Positions 43,654 through 53,782 of a DNA stretch of 64,000 bases are shown here, one piece after another (the stretch's first letter is position 1; each line of letters starts with the position of its first letter). The notes below the pieces were generated by a model. That model was given only the letters and a program-made list of their open reading frames with translations, was not told the origin of the DNA and did not search any database. This DNA comes from Vulcanimicrobiota bacterium (GTDB lineage Bacteria; Vulcanimicrobiota; Vulcanimicrobiia; Vulcanimicrobiales; Vulcanimicrobiaceae), in NCBI GenBank assembly GCA_963833095.1, contig CAWHWQ010000003.1:64001-128000 (forward strand), written 5' to 3'. The position numbers and the translations under genes are program-made.

Positions 43654-44745
43654 GTGGCCGAGACCGCCACCACCGAGTATAAGCTTTCGAGCGAATCCAA
43701 ACTCAAGGCGCTTACCGTCGAAATTCTTTCGAAGGTCGGCGTGGCGCGCGATCAAGCGCAAGTCGTCGCCGACGTGCTGGTCGCCGCCGATGAACGCGGC
43801 GTCGAATCGCACGGCGTAGCGCGCTTGAACTCGTATTACGTCGGTCGCATCCGCGGCGGCAAGCTCAATCCCAAGCCGAACTACGAGATCGTGCGCGAGA
43901 CCGAGACGACGGTGCTGTACGACGCGGACAACGGCCTCGGACATCCCGTCGGTAAGCTTACGATGGATGCCGTCATCGCCAAGGCGCGCAAGCATGGCTC
44001 GGCGTTCGGCGCGGTGCGCAACTCCAACCACTTCGGCATCGCCGGCTACTACGCGATGCTGGCGCTCGAACACGACATGATCGGCATGGCCTCGACCAAC
44101 TCGGTGAAATACGGCGCGCCCACCTTCGGCAAAGACGTATTGCTGGGTACCAATCCGCTCGCGTATGCGATTCCGGCAGGTAAGGAGCCGGCGTTTGTGC
44201 TCGACTTCGCCACGACCGTTGTCCCCAAGGGCAAGCTCGAAGTCTACAAGCGCAAAGGCTTGCCGCTCAAGGACGGCTGGGCCATCGACGAAAACGGCAA
44301 CGGCACGACCGACTCGGACGCCGCGCTGCGCGGCGCGCTCCTACCGCTCGGGGGTCTGGGAACCGATCACTCGGGACACAAAGGTTACGGCCTCGGCCTA
44401 CTCGTGGATATTCTTTGCGGTGTGCTCTCGGGCGGCGCGTTCGGACCGACGCTCCCGACGGTGAGCGAAAGCAAAGAAGGCGCGATCTCACATTGGTTCG
44501 GCGCGTTTCGCATCGATGGGTTCCGCGACGTTGCGCAGTTCAAAACCGACATGGATAAGGAGCTGCGTTATTTCAAAGAGAGCCAGAAGGCGCCGGGACA
44601 AGATCGTATCTACGTTGCCGGTGAGATCGAATACGAAAAGACGCTCGAAGCGCGCAAGAACGGCGTGCCGGTGCACGTCAAAGTCTGGGACGAACTCGAG
44701 AAGCTCAGCGGTGAGCTCGGGATCGCCTTTGATCTCGGCCGGTAG
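43654..44745 (+). CDS. Ldh_2 family oxidoreductase (type 2 malate/L-lactate dehydrogenase)
   Basis: 'RGVESHG', 'NSNHFGIAGYY', 'GTNPLA', 'LDFATT', 'HKGYGL'. Confidence 0.92.
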   Translation: MAETATTEYKLSSESKLKALTVEILSKVGVARDQAQVVADVLVAADERGVESHGVARLNSYYVGRIRGGKLNPKPNYEIVRETETTVLYDADNGLGHPVGKLTMDAVIAKARKHGSAFGAVRNSNHFGIAGYYAMLALEHDMIGMASTNSVKYGAPTFGKDVLLGTNPLAYAIPAGKEPAFVLDFATTVVPKGKLEVYKRKGLPLKDGWAIDENGNGTTDSDAALRGALLPLGGLGTDHSGHKGYGLGLLVDILCGVLSGGAFGPTLPTVSESKEGAISHWFGAFRIDGFRDVAQFKTDMDKELRYFKESQKAPGQDRIYVAGEIEYEKTLEARKNGVPVHVKVWDELEKLSGELGIAFDLGR

Positions 44746-44748
44746 TCG

Positions 44749-45210
44749 ATGAACGGCGGCCACGGGCATTCCGACGTCGATCTCGTGCACGTCAACGTCG
44801 CGTCGCCGGCCGGTGCTTACACGGTCGGCAACGCGTCGTTCTTTCGCTACATCGTGCGCTTGACCGAACTCGGGCTGCCCCTGACCGGCCTCGATCGCGA
44901 AGCAGTCGAAATCCTCGCCGCGATTCCGCATGCATTCGACGCCGACGACGACGTGCCGGCGCTCTCGGGCGCGGGCTGGCGCATCGTGCCGGCGCAAGGC
45001 GATTTGGATTGGCCGGTACTGGAAGTGACGCCGCGACGTCTGCGCACCGCGCTCGAACGCGCGCGAGCACTGCTGTGGAATCACGCCTCACGTTTTCCGG
45101 TTAGCGCCCGCGAAATCTCGGCCATCGAAGACGAGCTGGAATCGGTCTACGCAGTGCTTATGCGTGCTGAAGCTGCCGGCTTCGCGGTCAACGTTTCCTA
45201 CGTTTCGTAA
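44749..45210 (+). CDS. Hypothetical protein
   Basis: Clean ORF 3 nt downstream of the Ldh_2 gene. Confidence 0.6.
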   Translation: MNGGHGHSDVDLVHVNVASPAGAYTVGNASFFRYIVRLTELGLPLTGLDREAVEILAAIPHAFDADDDVPALSGAGWRIVPAQGDLDWPVLEVTPRRLRTALERARALLWNHASRFPVSAREISAIEDELESVYAVLMRAEAAGFAVNVSYVS

Positions 45211-45217
45211 GCGGGCC

Positions 45218-45649
45218 TCAACAGCCTGAGCCGCTGCGGTGGACGGGGTCATAAAGAATGAGCCGAGCCCTGTTTACCCCTTGGCGAAAGCAGAATGCAA
45301 CGTCACTGTGGCTCGCTGATCTCGCGGCCGTCCAGGGCGGAGGATTAATCTCGTCGTCGCCGTGTTTTCTAAACTCGATGTCGAGCCATTGGCCACTTGC
45401 GATCGACACGAACTTCATGTAGAAGATCCTGTCCCCGCAATTACCCGGATTGAACGACGCCACCCGCTCGCCGACCGTCGGCAACACCAACGCAGCGGGC
45501 ATCGTCTTCATGCAGTGTCCACCATTCGGTATCGCCTTGATCACTGTCCCGGTGTTATTGTTGAACCACAGCTCGTCTGCCGAAACGTTCGCGAACGTAA
45601 ACACAAAGGCAACGAGAACGAGCGAGGAGATATACAAAGACGTTTTCAT
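45218..45649 (-). CDS. Small secreted hypothetical protein
   Basis: AAGGAG RBS, signal peptide (..VSA-DE), four Cys. Confidence 0.6.
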   Translation of the reverse strand: MKTSLYISSLVLVAFVFTFANVSADELWFNNNTGTVIKAIPNGGHCMKTMPAALVLPTVGERVASFNPGNCGDRIFYMKFVSIASGQWLDIEFRKHGDDEINPPPWTAARSASHSDVAFCFRQGVNRARLILYDPVHRSGSGC

Positions 45650-45671
45650 CGCTTGCTCCTTACGGGAAGTG

Positions 45672-46022
45672 TTATTTTGCTTCAGAGACCTCAAAGGTGG
45701 ACGCGTCGCGCTGATGCATGTGGCACGTCATGCGATTTGACGACTCGTGCCAGACAGAAACGCGCTTGATCTCGCCTCCGGCGACCTCTGCTGCATACCT
45801 GCACCACGTTGTACTGCTTCGGCCTACGTCGAAGCGGAGCGGATGGCCCGGCTCGACCGCACAGCGAAAATAGACACCAAGGCTCTGACAATAGCCCGCC
45901 GGCATCGAGCCGATCAACTTCAATCCGCTCTGCGTGTAGACGGTTAGGTGGAGGATTTCACTTTGGGATGCGAGTGGCAGCAGCGCAAAGACCCCCATAA
46001 GAACCCAAGAAAGGAATTTCAT
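45672..46022 (-). CDS. Small secreted hypothetical protein
   Basis: GAGGGG RBS, signal peptide 'MKFLSWVLMGVFALLPLASQS', four Cys. Confidence 0.5.
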   Translation of the reverse strand: MKFLSWVLMGVFALLPLASQSEILHLTVYTQSGLKLIGSMPAGYCQSLGVYFRCAVEPGHPLRFDVGRSSTTWCRYAAEVAGGEIKRVSVWHESSNRMTCHMHQRDASTFEVSEAK

Positions 46023-46077
46023 AGCACGATTCCCCCTCGCAAGAGCAACGGACGGCTCTCTCGGTTGGTTCCCGAAG

Positions 46078-46965
46078 ATGATGAAGATTCCGCTGATCGG
46101 TGCGGGCGGCGAGCCGATCTCGTTCGTTCGCACGATCTTTTCGCATGGTTTGCCATTCTTGCCGCCCGGGCAGATCGATGAAGAGAAGAAGATCTACGAC
46201 CTTACCGTTCGTATCGGCGAACGTGTCCGCCGATTGCGCTTCGCCTCGGATGACGGTCAGTTAGACGTCGATCTCGACGGGCGCTCGAGCACGGCAGACC
46301 TGCGTGCCGCCGAGCGGATCACGCGCCGTGTCTTTCGCCTGGACCAAAACCTCGCTCCGTTCTACGCCACGATCGAGAATGACCCGCGACTGTCATGGGC
46401 GATCGGCGCGGGGCGATTAATCGCGAGCCCAACGGTTTTCGAAGACGTGATCAAGACCATTTGTACGACCAACACCACATGGGCCGGCACGCGGCGCATG
46501 ATCACCGCGCTGGTCGAACGCGGTGGCGGCGCGTTTCCCGATGCGGCGTTGCTCGCGAAGACGCCGGAGCGTTGGTTTGCCGATGTTGCCCGAATGGGGT
46601 ATCGCGGGCCGTACGTGCGAACGATCGCACGCGACGTCGCAGCCGGGCGAATCGACTTAGAAGCAATGCTGCCGAACACTGAGCGCGACGAGCTCGCGAA
46701 GGAAGAAATGGTGGAAGAAGCGCTGCGTGAGTTGCCCGGTGTTGGCCCCTATGCCGCTGCGCACATCATGCAGCTGCTCGGCTATCACCACCAACTGGTC
46801 CTCGACTCCGCAACGCGGCCGAAATACCTCGAACTGAGCGGCAAAAAGCGCGCTTCGGACAAGACCATCGTGCGCGCGTTCAAGCCATATGGGCCGTATG
46901 CCGGACTGGCGTTCTGGCTCTATATCACTCGCGATTGGATCGAAGACGTCCCCTTCGAGCGCTAA
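46078..46965 (+). CDS. HhH-GPD DNA glycosylase (AlkA/Ogg1-like)
   Basis: 'SPTVFEDVIKTICTTN', 'FP', 'GYRG', HhH 'LPGVGPYAA'. Confidence 0.85.
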   Translation: MMKIPLIGAGGEPISFVRTIFSHGLPFLPPGQIDEEKKIYDLTVRIGERVRRLRFASDDGQLDVDLDGRSSTADLRAAERITRRVFRLDQNLAPFYATIENDPRLSWAIGAGRLIASPTVFEDVIKTICTTNTTWAGTRRMITALVERGGGAFPDAALLAKTPERWFADVARMGYRGPYVRTIARDVAAGRIDLEAMLPNTERDELAKEEMVEEALRELPGVGPYAAAHIMQLLGYHHQLVLDSATRPKYLELSGKKRASDKTIVRAFKPYGPYAGLAFWLYITRDWIEDVPFER

Positions 46966-47053
46966 CCACTGAATATTGAAGACGCTGATGGCCCGGTGGG
47001 CTTCCGAATCGGTCGGACGCTTACACCGACGATTTGGGAAAGGCAGATAGCGT

Positions 47054-48307
47054 CTAGCGCACAAGCAGAACGCTTGCGATAAGCGCCGGGATCGTGATCG
47101 CGGCGCCGATGCGGAAGAATGTAAGCGGCCCGATGGCAAAGCCTTCGCGGCGCAAGGCGATGAGCCACAGCATCGTTGCGAGCGATCCGGTCACCGAAAC
47201 GTTCGGGCCGAGATCTACGGCGACGACGACAGCGTGCGCAAGCGTCGGCACGACGGGTGCCGATTGCAGCGCGAAACCGCTCGCCAACGCTACCGGCAGA
47301 TTGTTGAACAGATTGTCCGCGACGGTGATGACAAACGCGGCGAGCACATTTCCTCCCGCATAGCCCAACGTCTGCGCATGTTGGAGAAAGCCGCGAAGGA
47401 GATCCAGCACGCCGGCGCGGTCGAGCGCCGCGACCACAACGAACAAACCCGCCACCAGCGGCACGACCTGCCAGGCGACGTGCCGCGCCACAAACCGTGC
47501 TGCACTCCGTTCGCGTAGTGTGACGAACAACAGCACGACCGCCGCCGCGATAAGCGCGGTATAGCCCACGTCAACGCGCACGGCGGCGGCGACGAGTAAG
47601 GCGAGCGCCGCGGCGCCAATGGCGATCCCGCTCAATGCGGCAGCCGGCGATAGCGGCACCGGCGCGCCGTCCCGAAAACCCCAACGTAATTCGCCACGGA
47701 AGCAAAAGCGCAGCCCGAGATAGGTCACGAGTATCGCGGCAATCGCGGCGAGCCCGAACGCCCCCAGCCATACGTGCAGCGACGGTAGATGAGACCCGAA
47801 GACAACCAGATTGGCGGGGTTGGAGAACGGGAGCACAAACGAGGCCGCGTTCGCGACCAGGGCGCAGGCAAAAAGGTAGGGGAGCGGATCGGCGTCGGTG
47901 CGGCGCAGCGCGGCGGCAATGGCCGGGGTGAGGAGCACAGCGGTCGTGTCGTTGGAGAGCAGCGCCGTCACCCCCGCACCGACGAGAAAGAGCAGCGCGA
48001 AGAGGCGCCGCTGCGAGCCGCCGGCCGCGACCAGCGCATGCGACGCGAGCCAGTCAAAAAGGCCCTCGTTGCGCGCCAGCTCCGCAAGCGCCATGATCCC
48101 GACCAGAAAGGCATAGACGTCGGCCCCGCGCAGGATCGCCGCCCAAGCTTGGCGCGGCGCGATCGCGCCGATCAGGATCAGCAGAACCGCCGCCGCGACA
48201 GCCCAGACCCATTCTTGCGAGCGTTTCGGCCGAAGAATCATGCCCATCACGGCGGCGAGCGAAATAGCCAGAACCAGCCAGCTCGAAAGTGTCACGAAGA
48301 GGAGCAT
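47054..48307 (-). CDS. ArsB/NhaD (SLC13-like) permease
   Basis: 'EGLFDW', 'LSNDTTAVLLTP', 'ANAASFVLPFSNPANLV', 'NNLP', 'DLGPN..TGSLATMLW'. Confidence 0.85.
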   Translation of the reverse strand: MLLFVTLSSWLVLAISLAAVMGMILRPKRSQEWVWAVAAAVLLILIGAIAPRQAWAAILRGADVYAFLVGIMALAELARNEGLFDWLASHALVAAGGSQRRLFALLFLVGAGVTALLSNDTTAVLLTPAIAAALRRTDADPLPYLFACALVANAASFVLPFSNPANLVVFGSHLPSLHVWLGAFGLAAIAAILVTYLGLRFCFRGELRWGFRDGAPVPLSPAAALSGIAIGAAALALLVAAAVRVDVGYTALIAAAVVLLFVTLRERSAARFVARHVAWQVVPLVAGLFVVVAALDRAGVLDLLRGFLQHAQTLGYAGGNVLAAFVITVADNLFNNLPVALASGFALQSAPVVPTLAHAVVVAVDLGPNVSVTGSLATMLWLIALRREGFAIGPLTFFRIGAAITIPALIASVLLVR

Positions 48308-48415
48308 ACCCCACAAAGGCATTCGTCCACAGCCATTGTATATCCACAAACACTGATTTGGTGATGTGTGTGGCCTGTGGATGAGCGAGAGCGGCTACCT
48401 AGAATAGGTCGCTTG

Positions 48416-50740
48416 ATGGCGCGTTCGAACAGCGCCGATACCCTCCGTATCCGGCGACCGTGGTATTGGCTCGTCGTTCTTGCATTGGCAGCAATTGCCG
48501 CATCGTTGCTGATTGTGGCAAATGCTCGGCTGCAGATGGCGCAAGCGCGCCGCGGATTCGAGGCGGCGCAAGAATTGCGGTTGCAGCGCGTCGAGTTTCG
48601 GATCGATGATTATTTTGGCGAAGCGATTTCGCTGGCCAGCTTTGGGGCCCAATCGCTTGGCGATGCGCGCGGCAACTTACCCCTGACCGAGCGACTGACG
48701 CTTTCGATCTTGCGCTCGCGGCGTAACCCGGGCATCTACGGCGTGGGAATGTTTTACGCGCCCTACGCGTTTGAATCGAACCGACGGTTGGTGAGCGTCT
48801 ACGACCACGTCGGCCGGCCTGCGCTTCCGCCCTACGATAATGTTTTGTCCGACGGCATCGATCAGGTGCTGCGCGAGGTCAATAGCCCGCCGCCCGGTCA
48901 AGACTATACGGTAACCCCTTGGTATCGCAAGGCTGCCGCGCATGACTGGACCGTTTTTTCGGGCCCGTACACGGATGCGGGCCGCAGCTTCATCAGCACG
49001 TTGCGCGCCTTTCGCGCCGGGGGACACCTGATTGGCGTGATGAGCGTCGATACGCTTACGCCGACGTTTATTGCGCTGATGGCGTCGCCGCTAGCCGGCG
49101 GCGACGTCGCCTGGATTGAGTCGAGCCAACACGGTCGACGGCTTCTTGGGACCGGGTCCGTTCCGCCGGGCCCGCGGCTCGAACGGCGAATCCCACTCCG
49201 TTATACGCGCGCGTTTTTGCATATTTCGACCGATGCGGCGCCGCTGGAAGCCGCCAACCGCAGTCAGGTATCTTTAGCTGCGGGTCTTCTCGTCGGCATC
49301 TGGCTTGTTGCCGCGCTCCTCGCTGTCGGCCTCGTGCAGCGCTGGCGCTCGCAAGAGCGCCAAGACCTACTCGAAGGTGAACGGCGCACCCTGGCAGCCC
49401 AGGTCGACCTCGCCAAAACCGTCGAGGCCGAACTGCGCCGCGCCGCGTTTACCGACTCCCTTACCGGCCTTCCGAATCGGGCAGCCTTCATCGAGCACGC
49501 GCGCGCGATCGTTTCGCTTGGCGAGAGCGATGGACATGCCGTCTTCTTCATCGACCTCGACCGGTTCAATATCGTCAATGAGACGCTCGGGCACCTCGCC
49601 GGCGACGACCTCCTGCGCGCGATCGGCGCGCGCTTGCAAGCCCTGGTGGAGCCGACGGATTTAGTCGCGCGCCTCGGCGGCGACGAGTTTGTCGTTGTCG
49701 CAAAAGTCGAGTCGGGAGCGTTCGACGAAGCCGCTGCTCTGTTGCTCGTGCACTTAGGGGAGCCGATCGTTGTCGCCGGGCGCACGATTTATCCCGAGGC
49801 ATCCATCGGTGTCGTCGCTGTCGACGAATCGTATACGACCCCCGCTGAATTGCTTCGCGACGCGGACATCGCGATGTACGAGGCCAAACATCGCGGGCGC
49901 GCGCAGTTTGCGATTTTCGATTCGGCGATGCGTCGCCGAATCGCTGACGATTCCCAGCTCGAGGACGATTTGCGCCGAGCCATCGAACGCGGCGAGCTTG
50001 TCCCGTATTATCAGCCGATCGTGAGCCTTGGCACCCGCCGGATCGTATCGTTTGAAGCGCTTGCGCGCTGGCATCGGTCCGATGGATCGGTCACGCCGGC
50101 TTCGGAGTTCATGCATTTTGCCGAGCAGCACGGCTTCATCGAAACGATCGATGCGCTGATGTTTCGCGCCGTTTGCGCCCACTCCCAAGCGATCTTCGCA
50201 GCCTTTCCCTCCGCGCAGATTTCAGTCAACATTTCAGCCGCGGAGCTTGCGACATCCGGGTTGTGCGAAACGATCGAGACGCTGATTCGTCAGCATGACG
50301 TTTCGCCAGGCCGGATCAAGTTTGAAATCACGGAAACGGCGATGATGACGAGCTCAGACGGCGCGAGACGCGCCCTCGAACGCTTGCGCGATCTTGGAAT
50401 CGAGTTCGTGCTCGATGATTTCGGTACGGGGTATTCATCGCTTGCCTATCTGCAAACGCTCCCGATTGCCGGTATCAAGATCGACCGGTCGTTCGTCGAG
50501 CCCCTGTTGACCGATCTTAAGGCGGTCGAGATCGTACGCAGCATCGTCGTGCTGTCTCGCTCGTTCGGCCTCACGACGATTGCCGAAGGCGTCGAAAGCT
50601 TCGAACATTTTGAATTGCTCGCGAGCCTCGGTGTCGATCACGCGCAGGGCTTCTTTTTCTCGCCGGCCGTCGAGATCTCGTCGCTCGTGCGGCTCTTGGA
50701 CCAGCCGATTTCCGATTCGCCGCAGGCTGCCGTAGAATGA
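48416..50740 (+). CDS. Membrane sensor with Cache-like domain plus GGDEF and EAL domains
   Basis: Two TMs flanking 'PWYRKA..SGPYTD'; 'DSLTGLPNR', 'GGDEF', 'EAL', 'DDFGTGYSSL'. Confidence 0.92.
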   Translation: MARSNSADTLRIRRPWYWLVVLALAAIAASLLIVANARLQMAQARRGFEAAQELRLQRVEFRIDDYFGEAISLASFGAQSLGDARGNLPLTERLTLSILRSRRNPGIYGVGMFYAPYAFESNRRLVSVYDHVGRPALPPYDNVLSDGIDQVLREVNSPPPGQDYTVTPWYRKAAAHDWTVFSGPYTDAGRSFISTLRAFRAGGHLIGVMSVDTLTPTFIALMASPLAGGDVAWIESSQHGRRLLGTGSVPPGPRLERRIPLRYTRAFLHISTDAAPLEAANRSQVSLAAGLLVGIWLVAALLAVGLVQRWRSQERQDLLEGERRTLAAQVDLAKTVEAELRRAAFTDSLTGLPNRAAFIEHARAIVSLGESDGHAVFFIDLDRFNIVNETLGHLAGDDLLRAIGARLQALVEPTDLVARLGGDEFVVVAKVESGAFDEAAALLLVHLGEPIVVAGRTIYPEASIGVVAVDESYTTPAELLRDADIAMYEAKHRGRAQFAIFDSAMRRRIADDSQLEDDLRRAIERGELVPYYQPIVSLGTRRIVSFEALARWHRSDGSVTPASEFMHFAEQHGFIETIDALMFRAVCAHSQAIFAAFPSAQISVNISAAELATSGLCETIETLIRQHDVSPGRIKFEITETAMMTSSDGARRALERLRDLGIEFVLDDFGTGYSSLAYLQTLPIAGIKIDRSFVEPLLTDLKAVEIVRSIVVLSRSFGLTTIAEGVESFEHFELLASLGVDHAQGFFFSPAVEISSLVRLLDQPISDSPQAAVE

Positions 50741-50744
50741 TCGT

Positions 50745-51674
50745 GTGAGTTCATACATCCCCGCAGACCCCGCCATCGCGGAATTCGCAGCGTACCTGCG
50801 CCTCGAGCGCGGGCAGTCGCCTCGCACCTCTGAGGAATACGCGCGCGACGTCGAGCTTTTCGCGCAGTTTCTCGAGCCCGGACACGGCAAGGAAGCGCCG
50901 TTCACCAAACTCGCCGAGACAACCGTCTCGGACGTGCGCCGTTTCGTGATGGAACTCATGGGTCCGCGCAAATACTCCGCCAGTTCGGTGCGGCGCAAGA
51001 TCGCCGCGCTACGCTCCTACTTCTCGCTGCAAAAGCGCGAAGGGCGTCGGGCCGACAATCCCGCGCAGGACGTTCCGCCGCCGAAAGCCGCAAAACGCTT
51101 GCCTCACGTGATGAGCGAGCGGGAGGTCGGCAAGCTGTTACGCACACGCGTTGCCGGCAAAACCGAGTTCGCGCGTCTACGCGACCTGGCGATGATGGAG
51201 TTGCTTTATGCTAGCGGAATCCGTCGAGCGGAGCTCGTCGGACTCAACATCAGCGACGTCGATTTGGACCGGCGCTTGATGCGCGTGATCGGCAAAGGCA
51301 ACAAGCAACGTACGGTCTTTATCAATCAAGCTTCGGCCGATGCGATCCGCAACTATCTCGGGGTACGCTTGCGAACGCCGGATGAAGCGCTGTTCATTTC
51401 CCGGCGCAAGACGCGAATGTCACACCGGCAGGCTTGGGTGATCTTTCGGCAGTTTGCAGAACTCGCGGGGCTCACCCAGCATGTGACGCCGCATGTGATG
51501 CGTCATTCCTTCGCAACCCATCTTCTCGAAAACGGCGCGGACCTCATGACGATCAAAGAACTGCTCGGGCATGAGAGTCTTTCGACGACGCAGATCTACA
51601 CTAACGTCTCGCTTGAGCACATGCGACGCAGCTATGAGGAGGCGCATCCGCGCGACCGCAGCGAAGAACGCTAA
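50745..51674 (+). CDS. Tyrosine recombinase, XerC/XerD-like
   Basis: 'YLRLERG.S..T..Y..D', 'ELLYASGIR', 'GKGNKQR', 'PHVMRHSFATHLLENGAD..ELLGH..TTQIY'. Confidence 0.92.
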   Translation: MSSYIPADPAIAEFAAYLRLERGQSPRTSEEYARDVELFAQFLEPGHGKEAPFTKLAETTVSDVRRFVMELMGPRKYSASSVRRKIAALRSYFSLQKREGRRADNPAQDVPPPKAAKRLPHVMSEREVGKLLRTRVAGKTEFARLRDLAMMELLYASGIRRAELVGLNISDVDLDRRLMRVIGKGNKQRTVFINQASADAIRNYLGVRLRTPDEALFISRRKTRMSHRQAWVIFRQFAELAGLTQHVTPHVMRHSFATHLLENGADLMTIKELLGHESLSTTQIYTNVSLEHMRRSYEEAHPRDRSEER

Positions 51675-51675
51675 C

Positions 51676-52392
51676 GTGAAACGCTACGCTTCCTTCCTCG
51701 TTCTGGCTTTTGTCGCATGTTCAGCGGCGCCAACGCCGTATGCAACGATCGTCGGCGCGCTCAAACCCGGCTCAGTCATGACGGTCAACGTCGAAAGCGG
51801 CGTGGTCAACGCCTTTAAGCCGGCTCAAGGCGACCCGTCGGATCGTTACACGATTGCCCCGACGGCGACGGCCGGCGCGACCCCGCCCCCGCCGCCAATG
51901 ATCCACCCCAGCGGATCGGGTATCACGGTGGATGCCACCGGCGCGCTTGCAAATCTCCTCGTGCGCGTACCACAAGGCGTCGATCTCGTGGTGCACTCGA
52001 AAAGCGGCAACGTGAACGTGACTGACATCAGCGGAAATGTCAACGTACAAGCTGCGAACGGCGACGTGAAGATCATGGTCACCGGTCGCGCCGCGGCGAG
52101 CACGACCAACGGTTCTATCGATGCGACGATGGGAGCGACGTCGTGGCCCGGTACCTTGCACTTCTCGGCGCAAAACGGCGACGTCACCGTCTACGTTCCC
52201 GATACCGCGGCGTTCCACGCGCGCCTGCACACGGACGACGGAACGCTCTTTACCGATTTTAACCTGCGCGGAACTTCACGAGGAAACAACGAGACCATCG
52301 ACGCTCCGGTGCATAACGGGAGTGCGTTCGGTGTGGATCTTGAAAGTAAGCGCGGCACCGTCCGTCTCTTGCGCCTCACTCCTCAGGCGTAA
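51676..52392 (+). CDS. DUF4097 beta-strand-repeat lipoprotein
   Basis: Lipobox-like 'FVAC'; repeats 'SKSGNV', 'AANGDV', 'TTNGSI', 'AQNGDV'. Confidence 0.75.
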   Translation: MKRYASFLVLAFVACSAAPTPYATIVGALKPGSVMTVNVESGVVNAFKPAQGDPSDRYTIAPTATAGATPPPPPMIHPSGSGITVDATGALANLLVRVPQGVDLVVHSKSGNVNVTDISGNVNVQAANGDVKIMVTGRAAASTTNGSIDATMGATSWPGTLHFSAQNGDVTVYVPDTAAFHARLHTDDGTLFTDFNLRGTSRGNNETIDAPVHNGSAFGVDLESKRGTVRLLRLTPQA

Positions 52393-53782
52393 ATGGATCC
52401 TTGGCCAGAACGGCTCCGGGGTTCATCATGTCGCTTGGGTCGATTGCGCGCTTCACGGCGCGCATGAGCGCCATCTCTGTGGTGCTGCGATGTTCGTGCA
52501 GTTCGGCTGCGCGATAACGTCCGATGCCGTGCTCGGCTGTGATGCTTCCCGCGAACTCGCGGACGATCGCGTGCACGGTGCGATTGATCTCGCCTGGAGA
52601 ATGCTGCTCGCCCAGCAGCACGTTGAAATGAATGTTGCCGTCCCCCACGTGTCCGAAGGCGAGCACCCGCGCTCCGGGATGTTTTTGCTCGACCTCGCGC
52701 GTTGACCGTTCGAGAAATGCGGGGATTGCGGAAATCGGAACAGAGACGTCATGCTTGGCGCTACGGCCCGCCCGGCGTTCGTTCTCGGTGATCGTCTCGC
52801 GCCAACTCCACAGGGCGTCCGCTTGAGAGCTGCTCTCGGCCAACACGCAATCGACGGCATGACCGCGATCCATGGCAAGCGCCAGCGCCACCTCCGCGCC
52901 CTCGCGTAAGCCGGGCAAGGATGATGCGGCCTCGACGAGCAGGTACCATGGCTGTGCGGCGACCGGCCGGACGAGTTGCGGTTCGTGTGCCAGTCGTAAC
53001 TCGACTGCGCGATCGCTGAAGAGTTCACATCCAACCAGCGCTTCACCAAGGGCCTCTTGCACGTCGCCAAAAGCCGCTACGGCATCGTGCGCGCTGCGGA
53101 TTGCCAGCAATGCGGTCGCCCGGTGGGCCGGACGCGCGAAGAGTCGCAGTACCGCACCGGTCACGATGCCGAGCGTTCCCTCGCTGCCGATAAAGAGCTG
53201 CTTCCAATCGTAGCCGGCGTTATCTTTGCGCAGCGCGCGCATGCCCTCGGCGATCGCACCGTCCGGTAGAACGACTTCAAGACCGAGCACGAAAGCGCGC
53301 ATGGATCCGTATCGCAACACGGCGGTCCCGCCGGCATTGGTGGAAATCAAACCACCGATCTGCGCGGTGCCTTCGGCCGCGAGCGAGAGCGGAAAGAATC
53401 GCGCGGCCGCGTCGGCCGCAGCCTGCACGTCGGCAAGCACGCAGCCCGCGTCAACGGCAATAGTAAAGCCGGGCGCGTCGAGCGCTCGAATGCGGCGCAT
53501 GCGCGAAAGACTCAGGACGATCGCCGGCTCGAGACCGATCGGCGTTGCTCCGGCGGCAAGGCCCGTATTGCCGCCTTGGGGGACGATGGCTACGCCGGCG
53601 TCAGCGCATGCGCGCACGCATTGCGCCACACCCTGCGTTGTATCCGGGCGCGCAACGGCGAGCGCCGTGCCCGAAAATACACCGCGCCAGTCGGTAACGA
53701 ATGGTGCAACATCTGCGCTGTCGACAAGCAGCCCGCCCGGGCCGCAGACGTCCGCGAGCCGAGCGAGGAGCGAATCGCTCAC
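52376..53782 (-). CDS. FAD-binding oxidoreductase (D-2-hydroxyacid dehydrogenase/GlcD-like)
   Basis: 'PQGGNTG', 'TNAGG', 'RKDNAGY', 'GSEGTLG', 'HDVSVP', 'GHVGDGNIH', 'AEHGIG', 'NPG'. Confidence 0.9.
   Translation of the reverse strand: MSDSLLARLADVCGPGGLLVDSADVAPFVTDWRGVFSGTALAVARPDTTQGVAQCVRACADAGVAIVPQGGNTGLAAGATPIGLEPAIVLSLSRMRRIRALDAPGFTIAVDAGCVLADVQAAADAAARFFPLSLAAEGTAQIGGLISTNAGGTAVLRYGSMRAFVLGLEVVLPDGAIAEGMRALRKDNAGYDWKQLFIGSEGTLGIVTGAVLRLFARPAHRATALLAIRSAHDAVAAFGDVQEALGEALVGCELFSDRAVELRLAHEPQLVRPVAAQPWYLLVEAASSLPGLREGAEVALALAMDRGHAVDCVLAESSSQADALWSWRETITENERRAGRSAKHDVSVPISAIPAFLERSTREVEQKHPGARVLAFGHVGDGNIHFNVLLGEQHSPGEINRTVHAIVREFAGSITAEHGIGRYRAAELHEHRSTTEMALMRAVKRAIDPSDMMNPGAVLAKDPFTPEE

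Noticed and set aside
47054..48307. Arsenic resistance operon
   Set aside because: No arsR, arsC or arsA nearby; the substrate cannot be assigned
50745..51674. Phage/island integrase or pilin-switch invertase
   Set aside because: Sequence resembles housekeeping XerC/D; no att sites, inverted repeats or phage genes seen nearby
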